A stretch of DNA of 63,921 nucleotides, the filler included, from Collodictyon triciliatum (taxonomy: Eukaryota): assembly GCA_043381765.1 (NCBI GenBank). It is 3 parts of 3 records of this genome, joined end to end, with 100 filler letters (N's around TTAATTAATTAA, not from the genome) between each part and the next. Parts side by side here need not be neighbours in the genome. Positions count along the whole stretch, not along the records: positions 24,408 to 48,696 come from JBHJMP010001089.1; 2 more parts are not named here. One strand, 5' to 3'. This document shows, piece after piece, positions 26,729 to 37,931 of the stretch. A program made the translations under genes and the position numbers. Each line of letters begins with the position of its first letter. Within the stretch, counting starts at the first letter, position 1. A model generated the notes under the pieces. The model had not been told where the DNA came from and did no database searches. It was given only the letters and a program-made list of their open reading frames with translations.

Positions 26729-28956
26729 ATGTTCAGAGATCAGAGCCTTCGCCACTCTCCAGCAAGGATTCCTGCCCTTCTAGTCGCCTTGTTATTGACG
26801 ATCGTGTATGCCCCTTTGCAAGTGTCTGCAGTCGCTGATGGTCAGTCTGTTATCAATCATGTGAACATACCTCTGCAAACACAGCCACTTCTAAGAAAAG
26901 ATAACCCCGCGATCCCTACTAGTATACCCTTTTCTTCATATTTTGCCAATATTTTATTACTGATTACTATGATTATTATGATTATGATTATGATTATGAT
27001 TTTATTGATGATTGATTATGATTTTATTGATGATTGATAATTGATTATTAGTATGATTATTGATTATCGGTATTATTATAATTTATAATTCACTGTTTTT
27101 ATCACTGAAAGATAAAGAAAAATGCCTCCTGATAAAAGCATCTTGAGTCGGATCTTTTCTCCAGCCTTCAAACTCTTTATTTGCGCATAGGCCAGAGCGA
27201 ATGCGCGGCAGATGAGCGGGCTGTGTATGGGATGAAGGCCAAGGATTTCTGTAAATCTCATCGAGGCTTACACAATGACTACTACACCAATTTCAATTCA
27301 ACTTCGGGCGAGTTTTTCGGTTGCACCTCAAAGTTCCGCCTATGTGCGACAGGTATCAAAACAACGCTACAAGTATCAACAAACCAGGTTATCGTGTTCC
27401 CAGATGCTTGCTTTCCCGACACAGATTTTATTCAAGTGAACGAGCTTCCATGCGGATGTAATTATCCAATATAACATCGACACAACCCACCACCCCTTCC
27501 TCGCATATGAAAGACTGATATCTAGCACTTTCGAGTATCTTATTTCAGATATAAATGGATTTTATTCATAAGAATGTATTGAATTTAACTGAGACAATAC
27601 TTTATTATAGTGCCAAACTGTCAAAAGACAGAAAAGCTCATATTCGGTCTTACAAGGTCCATCTGGTGCGGCTCTGAGGCAAAAGATACTGGAAGAAAGC
27701 TATTTTGCCATCCCAAGAATGCTGTGCGTCCATGAATCATTTATTTCGAATGTTATATTGGGCATCAGCGATCAACATGCATTTGAATTAAGACAGGCAA
27801 AAATATGACTCGCATTTATGGAATTAATGCACAAGCATATCTTTATTTATCACGTTATGGCTGCTAGGTTTGCACTGAGCGCGTTACAAATACTGTCAAT
27901 CAATTGGATGGGACACCATGGGTCTTCCCTACCAACTGCATCCCTGCTGGATATGTAGAGGATCCGCAAGCGAAGATATGTCTTGGTCTGTAATAAATCT
28001 AGATTGTATTTATTATTTAAATCATTTAATCCATGAAATTCTGTGGCATTCAAACGAACAATTTTTTAAATTTACACATAATCTTTCCATTAAAGAGAGA
28101 GTATATGAATGGAACTTCAAACTTGGTTTTGTATTTTGTGAAACCGCGTTAAAAAATTATATCAAAAAAAAAAAAAAAGGGCGCTGATAGCTGCATTATC
28201 TGCGAGTGCAAGAAACTAAATTTACATGGATATTCACTAGTGAATAAATGTGTTGCCAAAGGGATGCGCGTTCCCAAAGCATATTCTGTGGATTTCTACT
28301 GCATTGGAATCAACAATCCGAAACTATATACACAATTCGATGACTGTGCCCCAGTCTCGCGATGTTTTAACCGAGCGACATTTGCAAGGAATACCAAAAT
28401 TACAAACCAGTTGTTTGTTTTTCCTGACACCGAATGCATCCCGCAAAGCTTCGAGATACTCTCAAACATCACATGCAGAGGTACCTCAGTTGTGTAGGCA
28501 CTGGCCGTCTGTGATATGCATTTTTTTCCAAAAAAAAAAAAAGAAGAAGAAGAAGAAGAAAAAAAACAAATTAGGAATTAAATATTTGCTGCCCTGTTGC
28601 TTTTCCAAATATCCTATCTGTGTAATTCTTTCGGTTCCTACCCCTCATCTACCCCGCATCCAATCCATCCAGACTTCCCTCAGTTCAAGCCTCCGACTGT
28701 CTCAATCGGCACCGGAAATACTGTGATTGACATTCCTTTGGAAGGAGGAGAGGATGATAGCGACAGTGCAGGGACAAGCAGGGTTGGCTTCAACTCTACC
28801 CTTTTGACCATCACATTATGCAGCGGACTTTTTGCATGCGGCTATCATGTCATCAGGAGACGACGAGCTCGCCTCGGGAATGCATCCTATTCTCCTCTGG
28901 ACGCAACAAACTCTATCTCCATGGGTGGCTATGATTCCGATCGTAACCTTGCGTAG
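26729..28956 (+). CDS. Type I membrane protein: signal peptide, three Cys-rich repeats, one TM helix, short tail with YSPL
   Basis: Signal LLVALLLTIVYAPLQVSA; repeats VIVFPDACFPDTDF, PWVFPTNCIPAGY and LFVFPDTECIPQSF; TM TLLTITLCSGLFACGYHVI followed by RRRR. Exon phases are consistent. Confidence 0.75.
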
Positions 28957-29425
28957 ACCCAGTGTGACCCGTCTCTTCAGCTTGCTTTCTCCATTTCTTT
29001 CTCTTCGCCAGCCTCTACTGTCTCGCATATCCATATTCCCCTACATGTGTCTATCACGTTCCCTTCTATCTACCTCTTCTTTTCTCCTTTTGAATTTTCT
29101 TTGGTGGAAACGATATCCCGCCTTCTTGATATACATACCACCAATGATAAATATTTTAATTGAAGATATTCCTGCAACAGAAAATAGTTTTTCTACACGA
29201 AGCCCTTCATTCCCTTCCTGACAGAAAATGATTGAATTCTCTTCTATTGGATCGTAGTTGATTATATACGCACAAATGTGCGGAATCAATGCAAGATAAT
29301 GTTTTATAAAAAAAGACGGAGATAATATTATCAGTGTTATATCGACAGGACTCTTTTCTTATTTTACATTTGTTGAAGGGGAAAACAAGGTCTGAACCAT
29401 GAATAATGACTATTTATTGGTTTGT

Positions 29426-30589
29426 TCAAACAACAACTGCATCAGCGAAATCGTCTGCTCCATTTTCCGACTCTGATATTTGGAGCAACTGCCGCAACCC
29501 TTCATTTTCTGCCTGTAGTCGCGAAATGGTGTTCTGATGTTCGAAACGAACAAAAGAAGAAACAATTATCAGAAAGAAAAAAAAAGGAACGATTGTGCTA
29601 CCCAACATTTTACACCATAGGCAGGCAAATATATAGATTTACATATCAGGAGAAACCCTCCAAGAGAAATCCTCAAGAAAAGCCTGGAGAAAAAGCAAGA
29701 GGAATGGACAATCCTGTAATAAAATTACGTACCTCCCTTTCAATTAAATCAGCTTCATGTGCTTCAGATGCAAGCCTCATAACATCATGAGACTTTGCAA
29801 TTTGCTCGTTGAGTTGATGAATAGACATCTGCAGCCGGGATGCATTCTCCTAGATAAATTTGTATAAAAACTTTAATATCGGCTTTTCGAATAGCAAGGG
29901 TTTAAATTACTGCTGTGGGATATCCAATACTTTACGATTTATGATGATGAATAAGCAAATGTAGTTCATTTGTAGGCTCTGTCTCACTTAGCAAACCTGC
30001 TCTGCTTCCAGAGTCTTTGCTAGACTCTGCTTTTCTTTAGCCAATTCTGAATGCACTTGTTGCTTTGGTACATAAATACGAGATGAGAACACAACTTCAT
30101 ATTCTTTTTTTTTTTCGGTTTCATTTGAACAGTTTATTAAGAGAAAATAAAACCGAGGAAATCAACACAACTTTACATATTAAATAATGTAATCCATCCG
30201 CATAATTGTGTAATCGAATATGATTTATATTGTAAATTAACAAAATTAAAATCCAACATACTAGTTGCTCTTTGTGTTTCTGGACAAGGACAGAAATTGT
30301 TGCTTCATATTGCCCAATACAATCGTTCAGCTGGGCATTTTCCTTCTCCAATAAAATACATATATTTTCTCGATCCTGAATAATATTCTTTGTCATTTCA
30401 CCCAAACCTGTCGCCCCTAATGTTTTTTGATTCATGAATATCAATATTGACCTTTAGATGAGAAAGAACATAGCCTTCGACGGTCTACCCAACCCGCGCC
30501 GGATATAAGAAAAAGACTGATATACCGTGATTGCCTTATAATAACACTTTATAAATAAATGATGAGAATGAGAATGAGAATGAGAATGA

Positions 30590-30653
<64 letters not shown>

Positions 30654-31092
30654 CATTAAAACTGTATAAAACCTTCTAGAGAGAATCCGCCTTTAGATTC
30701 CGCAAACGTATTTCGCCTCCTTACAACAGCGTGCTGATTTTCCAGCTTATCCTGGAGCAAAGTTGCCAAAATGGTATTAATAGTGTTAATGCTTGTGATA
30801 TATGAATACGAATATAAATGTAAGAATAAAATAATGTAAAGCGGCAGTAACAACGTGAGTAGAGTAAGGCAAAGAGCAAAGATTTATTTTTTATTCTAGG
30901 AAAGATTTATGATAGGACAATAGGAAAAGGGAATTAAAGGAAAAAAGAAATAGTGAACCGCACCGCCTCAAGAAGGTGACTTACGCGGAAGGCTATGAGC
31001 CGATCGCCAAGGACTTGCAAGGTTGTGAGCGAGTCGTTCTGTTGCTGCTGAAGCCGGGCGATTCGCTCTTTGATGCTCTGCACTTCGGCCAT
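29426..31092 (-). CDS. SIKE/FGFR1OP2-family coiled-coil protein (candidate STRIPAK subunit)
   Basis: LEKENAQLNDCIGQYEATISVLVQKHKEQ ... DVMRLASEAHE ... ISRLQAENEGLRQLLQIS resembles the family pattern as I recall it. Confidence 0.65.
30562..30653. repeat. (GAGAAT)n/(AAT)n compound microsatellite in intron
   Basis: Direct reading. Confidence 0.85.
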
Positions 31093-31709
31093 TCGTTCTG
31101 CTCTGTGTCGTTCCTGCGGGCCGTTGCAGATCACGGGTGCTGCTCACAACACGAAGAGGACATCAACGGAGCGATCAGATCAGATCAGGTTAGATCAGGT
31201 TATGTTGACTCGTTGCAAACACAAAAGCCACCTGCGCTTCTGATTAAAAACGTCCGTCCGATAGATGTGAATCCACTCACGAATACAGAAGCCTGAAAAA
31301 AAGAGAAAAAAAAGAGAAAAAAAAGAGAAAAAAAGAGAAAAAAAAGAGAAAAAAAGAGAAAACAGAGTCTCGAAGAGTTGCTCGTCACCGACTTTTGCCA
31401 ATCAACCGCTCAGGCATCGTGAGTTTGTTTCGAGATGATTTAGTTTTCCACGAGCCTGCAGTATGGTAGCGAGGCATGGAGCGGATGACAAAAGGGAAAA
31501 AGGCAGAGGCAACGAGCAAAGACGGGACTCTGTTCGTGGCAGAGGCAGCACTGTGGAGTCAGAATGTGCGGTGGCTGAAAAGCAGGAGAAGTAGGCAAGC
31601 TCAGCAGGAAGACGCGAGGAAAGTAAAGGGGAAAATCGATGCGTATCTATGGCCTGTGCAGTATGATGCTTCTCGCAAATGACCCCTTTCGTCCTTCTCC
31701 CACATGGCT

Positions 31710-33087
31710 CTATGCGTTTTCCCCATGGATTTCTTTGAAGATTGCGGTCAAGTCCTTTCTCATTCCAAAGGCATCCTCTCCATCTGCGTAATATTTCTTC
31801 TCTGTTTCAAAGTGTCTAGTGTTGATTTGTATTTTAGTCCCCATGAGGAAAAGATATTGAACAGTGGTATTAGTTGTTGGGCATGTCCAAATGAAGGATA
31901 TATATCGCCCATGCCTGACGAGGTAGATGGCTATTTCCTTCAACAAATTTAATTCTTTTTTACATGTTTATATTGTTGTTGTTAATAATGTTGATAATAA
32001 CGTACAAAATAAGATGGAGAACATAAGAAATTGTTCAGAAAAAAGTAGGGCATATATATATAGGTTTGTACTTGAAGCCGAGAGTCTTCTCGTATAAGGT
32101 CTTTGCAGCGCGGTTTGTGCAACGAACGTGAAGACAAACATACTTTGCTTTGTAACTCTCTACCATAGCGTATTCTAACGGATGATAAATATATACTTGA
32201 GAATGGAGACACTGCAGTACGTGGACAAAAATGATTATTGAGCATATAAAGCGTGGCATACTCGTGTGTATTACGATATCAACTTAAATTGTGCACTGGA
32301 TGATTAATCACTTCAACATAACAGAAAAGAGTCAGAGTTGGAAGAAGGAGAAAAGGAAAGGGCCTATATTTAAAGTGAAGTAGTGTAGGTATAATGAGAG
32401 GCATCTATCTGCAAGCACATACCAGCCTGTCGCATTACTCTTGTGGCTATACCGAGCTTTCTATATGAACGAAGAACAGCAAGCGATGTGATGTGTCCGT
32501 GCGGTTCAGTCGATGCATCCTCTTCCCTGATTTTCAAAGAATATATAGAATAAAGTTAACAACAACAACAGTATATATATAGTGACCAGTATACATTAAA
32601 AAAATCATTGATCTTCCACAAAGAAGCTGCCTCACATCTTTGCCAGCACATAGCCCACAATTTTCCCGTCAACCTCGGCTACATAAGTAAGATGCGGCCA
32701 GCTGGTGATGTGGTAAAGATAATATCTGCGACAGTATGAGGTCATTCAAAAAAATTGGCTCGGTTAGTTTGACAGGGACTCTAAGCGCACAGTTGTAAGT
32801 CACTGAAAAAGCAGAGTCTTTAAAAGATTGTTTTCTTTTGTTTTTTCTTCCGTCCTTCGTTTTTTTTTTTTTATTTTCAGAGACCTTGTTGCAAGCGAAA
32901 TTGGGGGGCACACAATCGTGTAGAATGGTTTGGTCATGAAAGCAATTATTATGTCTTAAACTGGGGGTACTGCTGAAGGAGGGATAGCTTAATGAAACCT
33001 GTGATGGTAATTTTCTGGGAGGCAGGTGAGATTGCAGTGTTGAATGCCAGGAATATCCTCGACTGTGGCAACTCGAATATTCACCAT
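31710..33087 (-). CDS. NAA10: N-alpha-acetyltransferase 10 (Ard1, NatA catalytic subunit), 5 exons
   Basis: MVNIRVAT...[10 protein letters not shown]...[10 protein letters not shown]...[12 protein letters not shown]...[19 protein letters not shown]...[10 protein letters not shown]...[14 protein letters not shown]. Confidence 0.97.
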
Positions 33088-33287
33088 TTTCTAGGAGTGC
33101 AAAGAAAACGAGACTTTGTTACACTTGTTTTATGTATTATCCAATCTCTTTTTTGTTCTCTATCTTATCTTCTCTTCTTCTTTTTTTTTTTTGGTTTGTT
33201 TTAACACACATCACGGAAAGGAGTGGCCTGGCTTGGTTTGATTTGCTGTGGGCATCACGGCAGGTTGACTTTGAGGACGTGGTTTCA

Positions 33288-33464
33288 ATACTTGACTTAA
33301 TGAATCGGCTACTAATTTATGTTGGTGCGACTGCAACAGCTGAGCTGCGATGACTCCGTTGGCGGATCCTCTGATGCTTTAGTCGCTCAAACCTCCTTCC
33401 TAAGGCTTACAGTTCGCGAGTGGTTGATAACTATTTTTGATCAATCAGTGATCGATTGGTTGAT
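33288..33464 (+). ncRNA. Candidate Sm-class small nuclear RNA of unknown family with an internal C/D kink-turn
   Basis: Intergenic. Closing helix ATCGGCTACT/AGTGGTTGAT; stem GCGACTG/TAGTCGC enclosing GCGATGA...CTGA; Sm-like ATTTTTGA at 33433-33440; 10-bp terminal hairpin at 33440-33464. G-U pairs favour the + strand. The 5' end is a guess. Confidence 0.55.
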
Positions 33465-34024
33465 GGTAATCGGCAGGCAACCCAAAAGTGGATACACTAG
33501 AGTAGAAATATAGTTAAAACAAAGATAAAACCCTTTTTAGATATGGTAATTGTTGAGTGTGTCTGAAATATACAATTATGGAAAATAAATAAATAATGCA
33601 CAAATCAACTTATATGTGGTTTTCTTAGTCAATAATAATTATTTTGTTTTTAAATTATGCAATAAATGTAATACTATAGCATTTCTTAGGCCATTCTCCT
33701 TCACATAATATTCCCCTAAAAATTCCTGGGCGATTCCACACATTTTTCGCCGAAATCTTGCTGGCGAGGCAGGTATAAATGGACAAAACAAATTGCGTTG
33801 CATTGCAATGCGTCAGTGTTCCAATTGGAATTCACACCGTACATTGAAACGCAAGAAACAAAACAGACAAGAAAAGACTCGTGACGAGACTTCAGATCGC
33901 ACACAACAAGACAGAGGCCAAGATCGAGACCGCCAGACCCATTCGCCCAACCCCCAGAGTATACAAGCCCAACGCAAGAAAAGCACGCAAGCAAGACCAG
34001 AACCCAGACAACAACAAAAGCAGA

Positions 34025-34438
34025 ATGAAGGAGACCGTAAATATGACCCCTTTCACGTACCCTCTGGGCCAGACCTTTCGGATCCCGTCGTTTGCACGCA
34101 AGCTGCTGTCCATGAAGCTCGAGTCCGGGCAGCTGCCGATAGCCACTCGCAGAGAGATCCTCATGGCCATGATTTACGTGCAGCGCCTGCGTAACATTTC
34201 GCCCACCGCATATTCCACCAACCAGACGAACAACATCTTCCTGACTGCACTCCTGACCGCTTGCAAAATGAACATGGACGCGCACCTCCCAAATGCGACC
34301 TTTGCCAAGATTTACGCCATTCCCTTGGACACGCTCAACGCCATGGAGATTGACTTCCTCACAGCCATCGACTTTGACATTCTCGTCTCCGCTGAGCAGA
34401 TGGAGCGTGCCGAGAAGAACTTTTCGAAGCACATTTGA
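34025..34438 (+). CDS. Intronless minimal Pho80/P-U-type cyclin (single cyclin box)
   Basis: ILMAMIYVQRL...IFLTALLTACKMNMDAHLPNATFAKIYAIPLDTLNAMEIDFLTAIDFDILVS. A TATAAA lies at ~33774. The first in-frame ATG is taken as the start. Confidence 0.88.
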   Translation: MKETVNMTPFTYPLGQTFRIPSFARKLLSMKLESGQLPIATRREILMAMIYVQRLRNISPTAYSTNQTNNIFLTALLTACKMNMDAHLPNATFAKIYAIPLDTLNAMEIDFLTAIDFDILVSAEQMERAEKNFSKHI

Positions 34439-35172
34439 ACCTTTATTCAAAACCAAACACAGGAAAACGAAAAAGAACAAAAAAGCCAACGAAAAAAAAA
34501 GGAGAAAAAAACCAAGAAAATACCGGGCCATGCAAAGCTCAAGAACGAAAAGAAACTAGAAAAGCAACCCCCACCTTGAAGAAGGAGAATGACCTTCAAA
34601 GACCACGACTTATCGACCCTCATTGATATCCATCCCAAACTTCCATACCAATATCCTGCAAGAGCCGCCCATCTCTTGACAGCCCTGCACCTGTCCATAC
34701 CTTCCTGTAACCATCAAACACTCTTCTGTACCCGACCCAAACAACTCCAATCCTGTCTAATAGTGTATTATATAATCTCATCGGTGTATCTTATTATCTG
34801 TTGTTAATTATGTGGCCCCCTTAGACGGAGCCAATAACTTAATAAAAATAACCCAACCAAAAGAAGAAGAAGAAAAGGAATCAAGACTGTTGACCGCCTC
34901 GCTCGCTCATTTCTTTTTTGGCCATATTCATCAAACTATATTTTTCCTCTCTCCCTTATCAACCATTGAGTGCACATAATTCTCCCATGAATCACAAAAA
35001 ATAAAGAAAAAGAAAAAGCTGCTGTTTTTAGAGCGGGACATTTCGATAATGCGCACAACGTCTGGCCACTTGACAACAGACTCGGTCGATGTTTGTGTTT
35101 TATTGCACAGGTATAAATATGTTCACATCTGAGGCCGACGCAGAATCCGTCTTGATATGGCTTCAGAGAGGT

Positions 35173-37323
35173 TTATATGCCTGCGAGATGAAAGATGGTC
35201 GGTAAGGAAGCCAAAGACGTCAACGAGAGAAAGCGATTGAACACATGTTTCTTTTGTCGGATGAAAGTGAAAGACGGACGGAGGTTGCGAAAATACTTTT
35301 TCATCAGCAGGTGTTGCAGAGTCAGGATGGGGAAGTATTCCAGTGAGCGGAAAGCGTAATGAATCCACATGCGTGAATCCTGTCAAGCAGGATATATGAG
35401 AAAGAAAAGATTATTAGAAAGCTAATTAATCCCAAGGAATATAGCACTCTTTTCTTTTCTTTTCTTAAACTTTGTTGCATTTCATCAGTGCACAGAAGAA
35501 GAAAAAAAGTACGTCAGGATAAGAAAAGAATTGTAGGTCTCTGTCTTGAGAGAAGTTGTATTCTCCTTCGACAGTGGCTAATATCCCGTAAGCCACAGCA
35601 AGGCTTGCGAATATACCCAACAGCATAATAAACTAGTATCAATACAGGAGTTTAGTACGATGTTGAATTCAACCATTTATTAAAAATAAAACCAAATTAT
35701 GCAGCCACTCTACGTAATGAGAAAATAAATCAACCTCGCTAACAATTCTACGGTAGTTGCTCAGGTGGTCAGGAATATCCGATAAAATCTCAAGCATCTT
35801 GATCGCCAGAACAATCCCCATGCCTTTTTTTTTTTAAAAAAAAAAAAGAAGACATTTTGATGGTATCAAGTTCATATTTGAGTCAATAAAACCTTAACAT
35901 CAGATTAAGAAAAAAACAAGAAGACCTGTGACTATGAAAGCAAGACCAGACACCACGAAATAACCCAAACAAACAAGCTAATCATATTTTTTTTCAAGGT
36001 GACACGAATGCGTTAAATTGAGGTAATAATTAAGATAGATACTTTTCATAATACAATAGATTTATATCGTTATCGAATATAGATTCATATTACAGTTAAT
36101 TCTGCATCCTCATCAAGTTCAGAGTACATTGGAAGAAGGAACGAAATACCGAATAGAACTACGTTGGTGAAGTAACAAACGCGTTGAACATTCACAACCA
36201 GATTTTTATCCGTTGTATAATTCAGAGGGTCAGCAACGAAAGTAGTTATTTTTGTCCTGCACAGTATTTTTTATACCATTTAGATTATTTTCTCTCCCAA
36301 AGGTAACAAAAATGGGGCATTATGGTTCACTTGTGGAACAACATTGGGTAAGTCTTGAAACACCCTTCAGAAAACAATTTTTATTTATTTATTTGATTGA
36401 ATTATCTTACAATGATACAACTACCAGGTTGAAGACAATTGTGATACACGCAAGTGGGAAAGCAAAAAATACTCCTCTCATAAACCTATATCCATTTTTC
36501 TACAGAATAAATATTAATATAAATTATATCGTTCTTGCTACGTGCATCAGATGAAAAATGAACAAGAAATTGACGGAAAAAAAACCTCACTGCCATATTT
36601 CTCTTCACCCCACACATCTGTGTTTAGACGGAGGATGAACTCCACTGTTCTAACTTTTTGGGTCATAAAATCTTTTGGTCAATATGGAAGGTGATTTTTT
36701 CTCTAGTAGACTACACATACATAATCCAAAAGTAGCTTTCAACATACAGGAACAAATTTTCCCTCAATAAACTGTTGAAAAGAAACCAAAAAAAAAAAAA
36801 AACATTCAGGAACAATCATACACATAATTCAAAAATGGATGCAAATCGACTTCCTTTTGTACCCGCATACCTATAGAGTAAAAACTAATCCAGATAGGTA
36901 TGTTGAGTCGCGTGTCTTGTGAAGAGTCACACTGAGCCCTAAAAAACAAAGGTAAAAAAAAAGGAAAAAAAGGAAAAAAAAAGGGAAAAAGGGGAAAAAA
37001 GGGAGAAAAGAAAAAAAGAAAAAAAGAAAAAAAGAAAAAAAGAAAAAAAGAAAAAAAGAAAAAAAGAAAAAAAGAAAAAAAGAAAAAGAGAAAAAGAGAA
37101 AAAATAATTATTCGTGAACAGCTCACGCAGTTTCCCTTCGGATATAGGCCGCGTCGTGGAGAGAGACATATTGGTCTGAGTTTGGCGATCTTTCGGGGGT
37201 GGTGCGTTGAGTGAGAAGCTGGTCCCAGCGCACATAGGCCAGCTTGAGGATAGATATCAGACTCATAAATGAATAGAGTGAAAGCCAAAAGACTTCGTAG
37301 TTTCGGCGATATCCAGCCCCCAT
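35173..37323 (-). CDS. Multipass (about 7 TM) protein, THH1/TOM1/GPR137-like
   Basis: Spliced hydrophobic segments: FWLSLYSFMSLISIL; SIFAFPLACITIVFNL; YFTNVVLFGISFLL; LVCLGYFVVSGLAFIVTGMGIVLAIKML; FIMLLGIFASLAVAYGIL; IHYAFRSLEYFPILTL. One junction is unresolved and the family call is by pattern only. Confidence 0.55.
36955..37103. repeat. A/G-rich low-complexity repeat in intron
   Basis: Direct reading. Confidence 0.85.
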
Positions 37324-37931
37324 GAAGCCTACAACCAGTGAGTTAACAGAGGGAAGATAGTGAAGTTGAAAAGCAGCTGCGTCTGCGGCTCAACCCTTCG
37401 ATCGATGGACTCTACGTTTCTGCAGTTGTTTAGAGTTTCGTTACAGAGGAAAAAAGGTAAAAGAAAGGTGGTGATAGGCCTCTGCGCTGTGATCCGTTCT
37501 TTTCCTCTGCTTCCCTTTGTTGCGGAGTCACCCAACCGCCTGGCAGAGCTTGGAAAAAAAAGAAAAAAAGTAAAAGCAACGAAAATGTCGAAGAAAAGGA
37601 GTCTGCACTCACCTGTCAAAATTAACTATGAAAGGATCTGGCGTGACGGTCTTATTCAAACGGCGCGTGTCTCTGGGCGAACGGGCGAGTCAATATTTAT
37701 TGCTTTGGCTTTCGATAGGGAAAGGCTCTCCAGGCGAAGGACGCGAAGAGGGCGAGAGAATGAGAAAGAGAGAAAGAGGAGAAAAAAAAGCAATAGAAAA
37801 GAGGAGCAGTGGACAGAACACGGTGTTCAGGAGGGCCTCCACAGCACTATTTTTTTTTTGTTTTTTTTTGTTTTTCGGTAGTCGCTCATAAACGGGACAT
37901 CGTTCCAAAGCACCGCAGAGACGCCGGGCAT

